A DNA stretch of 64,000 nucleotides from Eubacteriales bacterium. Its GTDB lineage: Bacteria > Bacillota > Clostridia > Lachnospirales > Lachnospiraceae. A program made the translations under genes and the position numbers. The notes under the pieces are model-generated. The model did not search any database. It saw nothing but the letters and a program-made list of their open reading frames with translations, and had not been told where the DNA came from. Shown piece after piece: positions 40,695 to 50,891 of the stretch (positions are counted from its first letter, which is position 1; each line of letters opens with the position of its first letter). The DNA lies in NCBI GenBank assembly GCA_030533235.1, contig JAUNJN010000002.1:1462-65461 (forward strand). The letters are read 5' to 3'.

Positions 40695-42487
40695 TACTCC
40701 TTTATTATATATCCTTCTTTCGGAATTTTCACAGTTACAATCGTACCTTTATCCGGCTTAGTCTTTATTTCGATTCCGGCCTTACACATAGTCTTGAGGC
40801 GATGTTTAATCTCCTTATAGCTTGGTTTGCCCGCAAAACGTTTATCCGGTCCGATTCCAGTACCATTATCTACAATCTGAATCGCGAAGCAATCTAAACG
40901 TTCATAACTGCGCAACACGATTCTCCCTTCTGTCTCTGACTTCAAAGCACCGTTTAATACTGCATTTTCAACCAACGTCTCTATTGTATGAAACGGAACC
41001 ATAAAATTAACGACCTTATCCTCAATCACAAACGACAATCCCGGATATTTCTCGGCTGCAATTCCCGCATATGCGCGAATGAATTCCAATTCCTTTTCGA
41101 ACGGAACAAGCTCCGTATCTGTAACGGCCTTCAAACTATTTTGCATATAGATGGACGCATCATATATAAGCCGACTGTCGTCATAATCCCTTTCTTTCAA
41201 ATTATGAATTACATTGTTTAATACGCCATACACAAGATTCATATTCACACCGGAAAGCAGACGTTTTTTTTCAAGATTGACATTGTTCAGCACCGTTTTT
41301 TTCTCTCTGTTGACTTCTCTTACAATATGTCGCAGCATGGATATTGTTATCAATATCACATATATATATAACCCTGCCATAAAGACAAGACCATCATATG
41401 CAGCATAAATGCGAAATACAGAGAATAAGCCTTCCGTCATCCATGCACCGAGCAAAATTACACCGGCAAGCAGATTGGTATTGAGTGTCGGATCGTCAAA
41501 ATTATCCTTTGCCATGTAAAGCACTGCAATCAGTCCAAGCAGCCCGACAAAAATGAGCCCTTTTGTAAATGTCATATATGACACAAAATCGCAGATTGAC
41601 ATTGCCTGAAATACGACACCAACCAACAGGTTTACCGAATACACATAAACACTCATTTCAAAAATTTTCACAAATCTTCTTCGCATAGAAAAACAGCTCT
41701 GATACAGCATAAACAAAATCGGCATCAGCATAAGAAGAATCATTTCCAAAAGATAAAGCGCGTATCTATTGGAAAATACAAGCTGCAAAACGGGATTTTT
41801 CACAACCGACCACAACGCCGCACAAAACGAAAACATAAATGCATAAACAACCTTTTCCTTATCAAGGTTTACCTGCTTCATAAATGCAACCGCAATCATA
41901 AAAATTAGGGTGAGCAAAAGCAGCGTCACAGCGATTACAAGACTGATTCCATGCTTTACGAATAAGTCCGTTGCAACAGCACCTTCTGTTCCATAATAAA
42001 TCTCCGGCAAACGACCACTGTACTTCTTATACGAAGACGTCAGATAAATGGTAATTATGTCCGTCGGCTCCGCATCTACAAGCTTGACCACATTCGTGTT
42101 GGGCACCGCATTTTTCATTCGGCCCTGATTGTTCATGACACCATACGAATAGATTGTTTGATCATTTTGCATGACCTTAACATTTTGAAACTCTGTATCA
42201 AATACAAGCACCGTATCCTTTGCAACATCCGGAGGAACCTTTCCCATTATGGTAATTGTATCACCGGCATTTACACGTTTCCTACACGGCAAAGTGATGA
42301 TTTCATCCTCATTCCCGTTATAGTTTTTCAAAACCCACAATTCGTTGTAGGGCGTCAGTTTTCCGCTTAATATGCGTTTTTGTCCCGCAGGTGCAAACAA
42401 TACGGCAAACAAAACAACGGTTGCCACGGAAAATCCGAGCACCAACACCGCTAAAATATGCAATTGTCCACGTTTTCTTTTGTTCAT
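40694..42487 (-). CDS. Multi-TM sensor with a degenerate LytS-type histidine-kinase domain
   Basis: VPFEKELEFIRAY, LVENAVLNG and IVDNGTGI are present; the H-box reads GVNMNLVYGVLN instead of QINPHFLFNTLN. Confidence 0.75.
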   Translation of the reverse strand: MNKRKRGQLHILAVLVLGFSVATVVLFAVLFAPAGQKRILSGKLTPYNELWVLKNYNGNEDEIITLPCRKRVNAGDTITIMGKVPPDVAKDTVLVFDTEFQNVKVMQNDQTIYSYGVMNNQGRMKNAVPNTNVVKLVDAEPTDIITIYLTSSYKKYSGRLPEIYYGTEGAVATDLFVKHGISLVIAVTLLLLTLIFMIAVAFMKQVNLDKEKVVYAFMFSFCAALWSVVKNPVLQLVFSNRYALYLLEMILLMLMPILFMLYQSCFSMRRRFVKIFEMSVYVYSVNLLVGVVFQAMSICDFVSYMTFTKGLIFVGLLGLIAVLYMAKDNFDDPTLNTNLLAGVILLGAWMTEGLFSVFRIYAAYDGLVFMAGLYIYVILITISMLRHIVREVNREKKTVLNNVNLEKKRLLSGVNMNLVYGVLNNVIHNLKERDYDDSRLIYDASIYMQNSLKAVTDTELVPFEKELEFIRAYAGIAAEKYPGLSFVIEDKVVNFMVPFHTIETLVENAVLNGALKSETEGRIVLRSYERLDCFAIQIVDNGTGIGPDKRFAGKPSYKEIKHRLKTMCKAGIEIKTKPDKGTIVTVKIPKEGYIIKE

Positions 42488-43278
42488 TCAATCACTCCGA
42501 AATGCAAAAGTGCTCTGTAAATTCCATCCTCATTAACACATGATGTCTGATAGGATGCCACCGCCTTAACCTCCGGTGTACATACTCCCATTGCAATACT
42601 GTTCGGAACATATTGTAACATTTCCAAATCATTATTGCTATCACCAAATACATATGCATTTTCAAGTGGAATTCCATAATAATCCAAAATAAACTGAATG
42701 CCTGTTGCCTTCGAAAATCCCTTCGGTACAACCTCAATAAAGCTTCCCTCACGCATAATGCAATTAAAATCCGAAACATAATTCATAAACTCGGAAAGAC
42801 GCGATTGTTCCTCATCATACCACGCCGTAAACTTATCGAAAATAAACTCCGGTGAATAAATATCATCCACAATATTTCGGTAATTTCTACGAAAATATTC
42901 AATTAATTCTCTTGCCTCAGCTGTATCGACATGACTATCGTAACAGATTTTTTCCGTATGCTCGTAAATACCTTGTATCCCACATATTCTTGCCTTCTCG
43001 GCAATTTCCACACAACGCTTATTTGTCAGCTTATGATGTAGTAATTCCTTTCCGTCCGCAAGAATATACGTGCCGCAACCGCATACATAGCCATCAAAGC
43101 CCGCATCACGAATAAAATCGTCGACATTTACAAACACGCGTCCGGTATTTACAAACGTCAAATGTCCGCATGCTCTTGCCATCCGAATTGCCTTCTTTGC
43201 ACTTTCCGGAAAGGTTCGTTTCCCATCATCTGTAATAAGTGTCCCATCAATATCAAAAAACAGAATTTTTTGTTCCAT
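42484..43278 (-). CDS. Cof-type HAD IIB phosphatase
   Basis: FFDIDGTL, NTGR, SKATG, FGDSNNDLEM. Confidence 0.92.
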   Translation of the reverse strand: MEQKILFFDIDGTLITDDGKRTFPESAKKAIRMARACGHLTFVNTGRVFVNVDDFIRDAGFDGYVCGCGTYILADGKELLHHKLTNKRCVEIAEKARICGIQGIYEHTEKICYDSHVDTAEARELIEYFRRNYRNIVDDIYSPEFIFDKFTAWYDEEQSRLSEFMNYVSDFNCIMREGSFIEVVPKGFSKATGIQFILDYYGIPLENAYVFGDSNNDLEMLQYVPNSIAMGVCTPEVKAVASYQTSCVNEDGIYRALLHFGVIE

Positions 43279-43739
43279 TAAATCTGCCTCATCAAATTGA
43301 TCATCTCAATCGCACCAAGTGCACAATCATAGCCCTTGTTTCCGGCCTTTGTACCTGCGCGCTCAATTGCCTGTTCAATGTTTTCGGTTGTTACGATACC
43401 GAACATAACCGGAAGTTCTGTCTCAAGTGATACAGACGCAATGCCCTTTGATACCTCATTGCATACATAATCATAATGGCTTGTCGCACCACGAATAACC
43501 GCCCCAAGACAAATGATTGCATCATACTTTCCTGACTTTGCCATCTTCTTTGCAACAAGCGGAATCTCAAACGCACCCGGAACCCAGGCAATTGTCACAT
43601 CCTCTTCCTTTACATCATGACGAAGCAATCCATCCATTGCTCCGCCAATGAGCTTTGATACAATAAACTCATTAAATCTGGATGCTACAATACCGATTTT
43701 AATTCCTTCTGCTACCATTTTTCCTTCAACTGTGTTCAT
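43278..43739 (-). CDS. ribH: 6,7-dimethyl-8-ribityllumazine synthase
   Basis: [34 protein letters not shown]. Confidence 0.97.
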   Translation of the reverse strand: MNTVEGKMVAEGIKIGIVASRFNEFIVSKLIGGAMDGLLRHDVKEEDVTIAWVPGAFEIPLVAKKMAKSGKYDAIICLGAVIRGATSHYDYVCNEVSKGIASVSLETELPVMFGIVTTENIEQAIERAGTKAGNKGYDCALGAIEMINLMRQI

Positions 43740-43763
43740 TTTGTTTTCCTCCTGATTATCCTT

Positions 43764-44963
43764 TTATAAATCTAAAATATGACCCATGCGTTCCTTTTTT
43801 GTTTTCAAGTAGAACAAATCATATTTACTCGGTTCCATCTGAATCGGCACACGTTCAACAATCTCAAGATTATATCCGGCAAGCCCATAAATTTTGAGTG
43901 GATTATTTGTGAGCAAACGAAGCTTTTTGATTCCAAGGTCAACCAAAATCTGCGTACCGATTGTATAATCTCTCGCATCCTCGGGGAACCCAAGCTTCAG
44001 ATTTGCCTCAACTGTATCCAATCCTCCATCCTGAAGCTCATATGCGCGAATCTTATTAATAAGACCGATACCGCGACCTTCCTGTCGCATGTAAAGAAGA
44101 ACGCCTCTGCCTTCCTTCGCAATCATACGCATCGCTGCATCGTACTGTTGTCCACAGTCGCATCTTGCAGAACCAAGCGCATCACCTGTCAGACATTCAG
44201 AATGAACACGACAAAGTACCGGTTCTTTGTCTGTGATATCACCCTTTACAAGCGCCACATGATGTTCTCCATTCAGTTTATTAATATATCCATATATCGT
44301 AAACTCACCGTAACGTGTAGGCATCTTTGCCTTGGCAACACATTCCACAAATACTTCATGCTCCTTGCGATATGTTATCAGTTGCTCTATCGTCGCAATT
44401 TTCAAATCATGCTTGTTGGCAAATTCCACCAGGTCGTCATATCGCGCCATCATACCGTCTTCCTTCATGATTTCACAACAAAGTCCAACCGGCTTTAATC
44501 CCGCGATTTTCATCAAATCAACGGTAGCCTCTGTATGCCCCGGACGTTCAATTACACCGCCGGCTTTCGCCTCCAGCGGAAACATATGCCCCGGTCTTCG
44601 AAAATCTTCCGGCTTCGCGCCTTCCTCAACAAATCTTCTGGCTGTAATACCGCGCTCATACGCAGAAATACCTGTTGTTGTACTAACATGATCTACAGAC
44701 ACGGAAAATGCTGTACAATGATTGTCAGTGTTTGTAATACACATTTGCGGAAGATGCAATTTATCTGTATACTCCGGTGCCATCGGCATACAAATCAGTC
44801 CCTTTGCAAAGCTTGCCATAAAATTTACATTTTCTGTTGTTGCAAACTCAGCCGCACAAATGACATCCCCTTCATTTTCTCTGTTTTCGTCATCCAAAAT
44901 CACAACACATTTTCCCGCTGATAAATCTGCTGCAATTTCTTCAATACTGTTAAAGTTCGCCAT
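43764..44963 (-). CDS. ribBA: Bifunctional DHBP synthase/GTP cyclohydrolase II
   Basis: [42 protein letters not shown]. Confidence 0.97.
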   Translation of the reverse strand: MANFNSIEEIAADLSAGKCVVILDDENRENEGDVICAAEFATTENVNFMASFAKGLICMPMAPEYTDKLHLPQMCITNTDNHCTAFSVSVDHVSTTTGISAYERGITARRFVEEGAKPEDFRRPGHMFPLEAKAGGVIERPGHTEATVDLMKIAGLKPVGLCCEIMKEDGMMARYDDLVEFANKHDLKIATIEQLITYRKEHEVFVECVAKAKMPTRYGEFTIYGYINKLNGEHHVALVKGDITDKEPVLCRVHSECLTGDALGSARCDCGQQYDAAMRMIAKEGRGVLLYMRQEGRGIGLINKIRAYELQDGGLDTVEANLKLGFPEDARDYTIGTQILVDLGIKKLRLLTNNPLKIYGLAGYNLEIVERVPIQMEPSKYDLFYLKTKKERMGHILDL

Positions 44964-44977
44964 GCTTTATTTCCTCC

Positions 44978-45631
44978 TTATAAAAAGCCATGCTCGGCAA
45001 GAAAATTCATATTCATCCCCGAGGACGATTTATCTTTTATGTCTGTTGGACGCAGTAGCTTTTCAACGTACTTTCCAATGACATCATTTTCCAAATTCAC
45101 TTTGTTCCCCGATTTTTCTTCAAGCAAAGTTGTGACTGCACCCGTGTGCGGAATAATGGATACACGGAAACATGTATCATCCACATACGCAACCGTAAGA
45201 CTGATTCCGTTAATCGCAATCGACCCTTTTTCAATTATATATCTCAAAATTTTTTCATCGGCAGCAATCTCAACCCACACTGCGTTTTCCTCACGCTTCA
45301 TAGAACGAATCGTTCCCGTTCCGTCAATATGTCCGGATACAATATGTCCTCCAAATCTGCCATCCGCCGCCATGGCACGTTCCAAATTGACACGACTTCC
45401 CGTAACAAGCTTCGAAAGAGCCGTTCTTCGCATCGTCTCTGCCATCACATCGGCTGTAAACATATTCCCCTCAATTGAGGTTGCCGTTAAGCATACACCA
45501 TTTACAGCAATGCTGTCTCCAACCTTTGAACCCTTTGTAACAATGTCACCTTTAATTGTAAGCCTTGCAGATTGTCTTCCATTTTGTACCGCCTTGACCT
45601 CTCCGATCTCTTCAATAATTCCAGTAAACAT
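44978..45631 (-). CDS. ribE: Riboflavin synthase alpha chain
   Basis: True start MFTGIIEE at 45631; NGVCLT, GGHIVSGH, KGSIAINGISLT. Confidence 0.96.
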   Translation of the reverse strand: MFTGIIEEIGEVKAVQNGRQSARLTIKGDIVTKGSKVGDSIAVNGVCLTATSIEGNMFTADVMAETMRRTALSKLVTGSRVNLERAMAADGRFGGHIVSGHIDGTGTIRSMKREENAVWVEIAADEKILRYIIEKGSIAINGISLTVAYVDDTCFRVSIIPHTGAVTTLLEEKSGNKVNLENDVIGKYVEKLLRPTDIKDKSSSGMNMNFLAEHGFL

Positions 45632-45647
45632 TTTTCCCTCTTTTCCG

Positions 45648-46742
45648 TTACTTGTGCATGTAGCGCAAATAAACATCGTCGTCCAATTTTGTAATGTTAT
45701 ATAGCGAATAAATTTTTGCAAAATCCGGATGTGAAAAACCAACTCCCTGAACAGGGGTCCGAGCCGTCGCTCCTCCCAATATTTTCGGCGCCATAAAAAT
45801 GTGTACTTCATTTACAATATCTGCCTCAAAGGCTGAATAATTTAAATCACCGCCGCCTTCCAGCAATATACCATCAATGTTCCTCTCTCCGAGCTTTTCC
45901 ATTAAAACTGTAAGGTCTATATGCATATCCTTCATCGGAATTTTCAGTAAAATAACACCTGAATCTTCCAACTGCTTTTTCTTTTCTAAATTATCTGCAC
46001 AATTTCCGTACGCAACAATTGTCGGTATCTCGTTTGCCGTCGTAACAAGATTTGCATCGATTGGAATTCGAAGATTCGTATCACATACAATTCGAATCGG
46101 ATTTCGTCCACCGGGAAGCCTGCATGTAAGCATTGGATTATCTACCAAAACAGTTCCGATTCCTACCATAATACCAACATATTCATTACGCATTTTCTGC
46201 ACAACCTCACGTGATTTCTCATTGGATATCCATCTACTCTCTCCGGTATACGCTGCGATTTTGCCGTCCATTGTCATCGCGTATTTTGCAACTACATACG
46301 GAATATTCTTCGTAATATAATGAAAGAACACATTATTCAAGGCATCGCATTCTTCTTTCATACAATGCGTTTCCACCTCTATTCCATGCTCTTTCAAATA
46401 TAGAATACCCTTTCCGGCCACCTTTTCATTCGGATCATCCGAACCGACATAAACCTTCGCAATCTTGTGCTCCACAATGGCTTCCACACAAGGTGGTTGT
46501 TTCCCATAATGACAACACGGTTCCAACGTCACATACATTTCCGCACCGGTTGCATCCTCCGTCAAATTCTCAAACGCATGACGTTCCGCATGAAGTTTTC
46601 CGTATGCAAGATGATATCCTCTTCCGATTACTCTGCCATTCTTTACAATAACTGCCCCTACCAAAGGGTTCGGATTAACCGCGCCAATTCCCCTTTTTGC
46701 GAGTTCAATAGCTTCTTTCATATATGCTTCACAAAATGCCAT
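45648..46742 (-). CDS. ribD: Riboflavin pyrimidine deaminase/reductase
   Basis: PNPLVGAV, HAE, TLEPCCH, DGKIA, LLEGGG; start moved to ATG 46742. Confidence 0.96.
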   Translation of the reverse strand: MAFCEAYMKEAIELAKRGIGAVNPNPLVGAVIVKNGRVIGRGYHLAYGKLHAERHAFENLTEDATGAEMYVTLEPCCHYGKQPPCVEAIVEHKIAKVYVGSDDPNEKVAGKGILYLKEHGIEVETHCMKEECDALNNVFFHYITKNIPYVVAKYAMTMDGKIAAYTGESRWISNEKSREVVQKMRNEYVGIMVGIGTVLVDNPMLTCRLPGGRNPIRIVCDTNLRIPIDANLVTTANEIPTIVAYGNCADNLEKKKQLEDSGVILLKIPMKDMHIDLTVLMEKLGERNIDGILLEGGGDLNYSAFEADIVNEVHIFMAPKILGGATARTPVQGVGFSHPDFAKIYSLYNITKLDDDVYLRYMHK

Positions 46743-46799
46743 TGCAACTGACTCCCTTCTAATATCAATTTTGCTATAAGGTCGCATTTTCTATTAAGC

Positions 46800-46829
46800 A
46801 AAAATCCCGAGGCATATATACCTCGGGAT
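46800..46829 (-). terminator. Riboswitch expression-platform terminator
   Basis: ATCCCGAGG/CCTCGGGAT stem followed by TTTT on the minus strand. Confidence 0.8.
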
Positions 46830-46851
46830 ATCTTGCGGATTTCTCCGTCCT

Positions 46852-46975
46852 TACTTCTTCCATCCAGACTTTACTGTCGGCCACGGATTCTCACCGAGTC
46901 ATGCCTTACGGCTCGCGGGCTCATGCACATAGTGCAAACACCGCCGATTGGGAATTACACCCTACCCCGAAGTAT
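46852..46975 (-). ncRNA. FMN riboswitch (RFN element)
   Basis: CTTCGGGGTAGGGTGTAATTCCC..CGGCGGT..AGCCCGCGAGC..CCGACAGTAAAGTCTGGATGGAAGAAG upstream of ribD. Confidence 0.95.
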
Positions 46976-46993
46976 ACCATATAATCAATGTAT

Positions 46994-49714
46994 TTAATCT
47001 GTCTTTCCAATGGATAAGAAACCACTTTCATTGGATTGTAACAAGAACGAAAGACCAATCTTCTTTCTTGCCTCACCGGTTGCAATATAAATCTCACCGG
47101 TTTCAACGAGAGATTTTGCAATCTCATGTACCTTATCCTTGAACATAATAAGCTCACGTCTGTCTCTGGAGCTAAGCTTGAATAAATATTGATTCTTTGA
47201 ACTAATCAAAAGAATGCTATATGTATGAATATTGTTCTTTGTCTCACGCATACCGGAACCAATCATTCGAGAGTTTGCAATAATAATCTCTGCATTATCA
47301 TCCGGTAAATACTCTGACAAAATCAACTTGTAAATCTTAAGATAGCTTTCCTCATCATCCGCATTGACAGGCATTTCGGCAACAGCAAATTCCACAATCG
47401 AATCAGCAAACTTGATCGTGCCGCCTTCATCGTTGATAACCGCCGTACACTCCTTCGGGACACACAGACGGAAGAATTTATTTTCGATGATCTTCTGCGC
47501 AGATGTTGGCTTCTTAATAATGAGATCGTTGTACTTTTTCTCAAGTTTATTCATTGCTATAATCGCTGAATCATCACCGGTCTCTGCAATTTCAATCAAT
47601 TCCTTATAGAGCCCCTCGATGTCACTGTTGACCTTTTCAACAAATGAAATCACCTTTTCAACTGCCGGAACATAGCCCATTTTCGCACTCTGCAAATAGT
47701 ACGCAACCTTTGCATTAATATCATCGGTCTTGCTTGATTTGTATTCAATCACCTTATACAGGTTCTCTTTGTCAAAGCCGTCAAACTCATTATCATATGC
47801 CTTTTCAAAATACTGGAGACTGCGAATTTCACCGCGATAATTTTCATCCGCTTCCTGAATCTGATAGATTTTACCAAGTTCATAAGCAGCCTGATAACTA
47901 CCGAGTTCCAATGCCTCGATAAACGCCTTCTCAATCTCATATGAATTTGCAATATAGAAGACTTGGCTCTGCTTCGAAAGTGCCACCTTAAGTGCGGATG
48001 CACTGCTTCCCGCCTCAACTGCGCGCTCCCATTTTTCTACTGCACTCTGCAAATCCTCGTTGCCAAGTTCCTCGATATCCTTGATATATGCCTCAGCCTC
48101 CAGGATACCGTTTGACTGTGCTTCTCTGAAATATTGCAAAGCCTTTACGCCATCGCGTTTTGTACGCAACACACCATAATAATAAAATCTTCCCAAATAG
48201 AAGCTGACACGCTTATGCCCAAGACGATGTGCCGTCTCATACCAGTTCAATGCCTTCATATAATCCTTCAAATGCTGGTCATAAATATTACCGAGCAAGA
48301 ATGCAAGATCCGGATCCTTCGTCGCCTCAAACAACTGCTTTGCATAGCTGATTGTCTTTTCAATATCCTTATATGGCGAGTCGTCATCGAAATACAACTC
48401 AATCAACAGATAGCTCGCCTTGATACTACCAAGTTTCAGCGCCTGCTTTGCCGCAACCATGGCACCTTCATAATCCTCAAGATAGTAACAGTATACTGCC
48501 TCACTGTAATACTGATTATCCTTACGGTTTAAGCTCTGATCACTGACAAGCGTCGGATCAACAAACGCAAACGAGTTTGCCGTCTCAAAAATAATCTCTT
48601 CGTACTGCTCGATAATTTCCATGGAAGCACATACAAACTTCATACATGCAAGACGTTTTCCCTGATAGAACGCAAATGTAACAATTCCCTTTTCCATCTC
48701 TTTGTGATAGAAGGTTGTGCAAATTCCATCTGCATACTCTGTAATATAAGCCTTTAGCTGTAGCTCCTCATCAAATGCATCATTACAATATCGAAGGTAG
48801 TTTTCCAATGTCTTTTTAGAATCTCTCGGAATGCTGTCATAGGACACATACATTGCAAAATCCTTGTATGTAAGGCTCGGTGCGTAGTATTCTTCTTCAG
48901 TCTGCTCATTGATTGTCTTCACCCAATCCTTTGGCAACTTATGAATATACCCATCCACCTGATTGTGCACATATGTATACTGATACTGTAAACGGGATGC
49001 CTCAATAGCCTTATATCTAGGTTCCTTTCCCTTCGCACGACGTGCCTCGGCAATCTCCGTGTACAGCTTATCCTTCTCCTCAAATTCAATACTGTCCGTG
49101 TGCTTACTTGCATACTCTACACGCTCATAGGCAGATTGAGCCTTTGAATCTCCCATATCTGCAAGACGCTTATACCAAAGCATAGACTTCTCGTAATCAA
49201 CCGGTACTACATAATCACTCTTATTTCCGTACTGATCCACACGATTAAGTCCGTTCTCATAAATACTACCGAGGTTCATGTAAGCAGCCTTAATTCCACA
49301 CTCCGTTGCTTTCTCGAAATATGTGATTGACTTGGAGAATTTCTGAATCTCAAGTAACATCTTAGCAAGCTTATAAATCATTTCTCCGTCTTTATTTATA
49401 TTAATGTACTTTTCGTAATAAACACACGCTTTTGCCTTGTCTACTTCAACCTTGCAGTTGCTGTGTTTTCCGTTTTCGTATAGTTCCCCTAATATCTTGA
49501 GTGCATCGCCTCCAAAGCTCTTGTAGGCGGAATCCATAACCGAAATATCGACAATTTTTTCGAGAATTTCGACTGCCTCCTCGACATTTCCGTTTTCCAT
49601 CAAATTTACAGCCTTGTCATACTGCAACTCAACATTACTCTTTGTGGATTTCTTTTTTCCGCCGATTGCGGACAAAAACGGTATCTTCCCCAAGATACTG
49701 CTAAGCCTTCCCAT
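46994..49714 (-). CDS. Large Sel1/TPR-repeat protein, 906 aa
   Basis: Repeats LGELYENG, LGSIYENG, LGNIY, LGRFYYYG, LGKIY with KA..(W/Y)(Y/F)EKA; AGGAGG RBS. Confidence 0.8.
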   Translation of the reverse strand: MGRLSSILGKIPFLSAIGGKKKSTKSNVELQYDKAVNLMENGNVEEAVEILEKIVDISVMDSAYKSFGGDALKILGELYENGKHSNCKVEVDKAKACVYYEKYININKDGEMIYKLAKMLLEIQKFSKSITYFEKATECGIKAAYMNLGSIYENGLNRVDQYGNKSDYVVPVDYEKSMLWYKRLADMGDSKAQSAYERVEYASKHTDSIEFEEKDKLYTEIAEARRAKGKEPRYKAIEASRLQYQYTYVHNQVDGYIHKLPKDWVKTINEQTEEEYYAPSLTYKDFAMYVSYDSIPRDSKKTLENYLRYCNDAFDEELQLKAYITEYADGICTTFYHKEMEKGIVTFAFYQGKRLACMKFVCASMEIIEQYEEIIFETANSFAFVDPTLVSDQSLNRKDNQYYSEAVYCYYLEDYEGAMVAAKQALKLGSIKASYLLIELYFDDDSPYKDIEKTISYAKQLFEATKDPDLAFLLGNIYDQHLKDYMKALNWYETAHRLGHKRVSFYLGRFYYYGVLRTKRDGVKALQYFREAQSNGILEAEAYIKDIEELGNEDLQSAVEKWERAVEAGSSASALKVALSKQSQVFYIANSYEIEKAFIEALELGSYQAAYELGKIYQIQEADENYRGEIRSLQYFEKAYDNEFDGFDKENLYKVIEYKSSKTDDINAKVAYYLQSAKMGYVPAVEKVISFVEKVNSDIEGLYKELIEIAETGDDSAIIAMNKLEKKYNDLIIKKPTSAQKIIENKFFRLCVPKECTAVINDEGGTIKFADSIVEFAVAEMPVNADDEESYLKIYKLILSEYLPDDNAEIIIANSRMIGSGMRETKNNIHTYSILLISSKNQYLFKLSSRDRRELIMFKDKVHEIAKSLVETGEIYIATGEARKKIGLSFLLQSNESGFLSIGKTD

Positions 49715-49749
49715 TTGACAACCTCCTTTGTAACCTCATCATAAAGAAA

Positions 49750-49778
49750 ATTGTACCATAAAATACTCTGCTTTGCAA
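49750..49778 (-). promoter_or_regulatory. Sigma-A-like promoter of the Sel1 gene
   Basis: TTGCAA-N17-TACAAT with TG extension. Confidence 0.6.
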
Positions 49779-49783
49779 GAAAC

Positions 49784-50041
49784 TTACTTGCCTGATTCAA
49801 TATATGCAGCAAGCTCCGCAACCGCCTCCGTCTCGTCTGCACCATCTGCTTCCACTTCTAAAATGTCACCATTGGAAAATCCAAGACTCATCATACCCAT
49901 AATACTTTTAGCATTGATCTTTTTATTTTTCTCGATCAAAAAAATACGGCTGTCAAACTTGCTTGCAATCTGTACCAAAACCGCAACCGGTCTTGCATCT
50001 GCATTGCTTGGTAATTTCACAGTTACTGACTTACTTAACAT
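49784..50041 (-). CDS. HPr/Crh-like phosphocarrier with Asp15 and Ser46
   Basis: NADARP in place of GLHARP; NAKSIMG Ser46 motif; DGADE. Confidence 0.88.
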   Translation of the reverse strand: MLSKSVTVKLPSNADARPVAVLVQIASKFDSRIFLIEKNKKINAKSIMGMMSLGFSNGDILEVEADGADETEAVAELAAYIESGK

Positions 50042-50044
50042 TTT

Positions 50045-50887
50045 TTAAATCCTCCTTAGCTCATTTGCTATTTCGCTTATTTTTCTTAGTCTATGATTCA
50101 CTCCTGATTTTCCAAGTGGCGGGCTTAAGCATTCCCCAAGCTCCTTGAGCGGCATATCCGGCTCTTCCACACGAAGCATCGCAATCTCTTTTAGATGCGA
50201 TGGCAAATAGGAAAGACCTTTTGTTTCCTGAATATATAAAATATCCTGTACCTGCTTTTGTGCAGCATTCACTGTTTTATTGATATTCGCAGTTTCACAG
50301 TTTACTCTTCGATTAACATGATTCCGCATATCCTTTAATATACGAACATTTTCCATATCCATAAGCGACACATGTGCGCCCATGATATTTAATATATCTA
50401 CTATCGCCGATCCGTCTTTCAGATAAACGACAATGTATTTTTTACGCTCGATTTGTTTCGGGTACAGCCCGAAGCTTTCAATCATCTGAAACAACATATC
50501 TGCCTGTTTTTTTGTATTGCAGACAATTTCAAAATGATATCCCTTATTGGGATCAGTAACCGATCCGGTTGCTAAAAAGGCACCTCGCACAAACGCCTGT
50601 TTACAGCAGCTTCGTTCAACAAGCATCGGATTTATCAAAAACCCCTCCGTGGTTACCGTAAGCTTCATCGCAAGACGCGAATCAACGTCATTCACGTCAC
50701 ATTCAAGTACATGCGACAACTTTCGGATTTTCTCCCCTGCGAATGTATTTTCTTCATCCGGATACCAGACTTCATCACAAAGCACACCGGACATCATAAC
50801 AAGTGCGGCAAGCTCAGCCAATCTGCAATGTCTTGCAGCGCTAATATGAGCAATCAGTTCTTTTTTCACCTGACTTGAAAACGACAT
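50045..50887 (-). CDS. whiA: DNA-binding protein WhiA
   Basis: MSFSSQVK, RGAFLATGS, NRRVNCETAN, KSGVNHRLRK. Confidence 0.95.
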   Translation of the reverse strand: MSFSSQVKKELIAHISAARHCRLAELAALVMMSGVLCDEVWYPDEENTFAGEKIRKLSHVLECDVNDVDSRLAMKLTVTTEGFLINPMLVERSCCKQAFVRGAFLATGSVTDPNKGYHFEIVCNTKKQADMLFQMIESFGLYPKQIERKKYIVVYLKDGSAIVDILNIMGAHVSLMDMENVRILKDMRNHVNRRVNCETANINKTVNAAQKQVQDILYIQETKGLSYLPSHLKEIAMLRVEEPDMPLKELGECLSPPLGKSGVNHRLRKISEIANELRRI

Positions 50888-50891
50888 CCCT

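Noticed and set aside
43779-45704. Long plus-strand ORFs of 239 aa and 221 aa
   Set aside because: Antisense shadows of ribBA and ribE with no recognisable motifs
45632-45811. 60-aa N-terminal extension of ribE
   Set aside because: Overlaps ribD; riboflavin synthase begins at MFTGI, which has its own RBS
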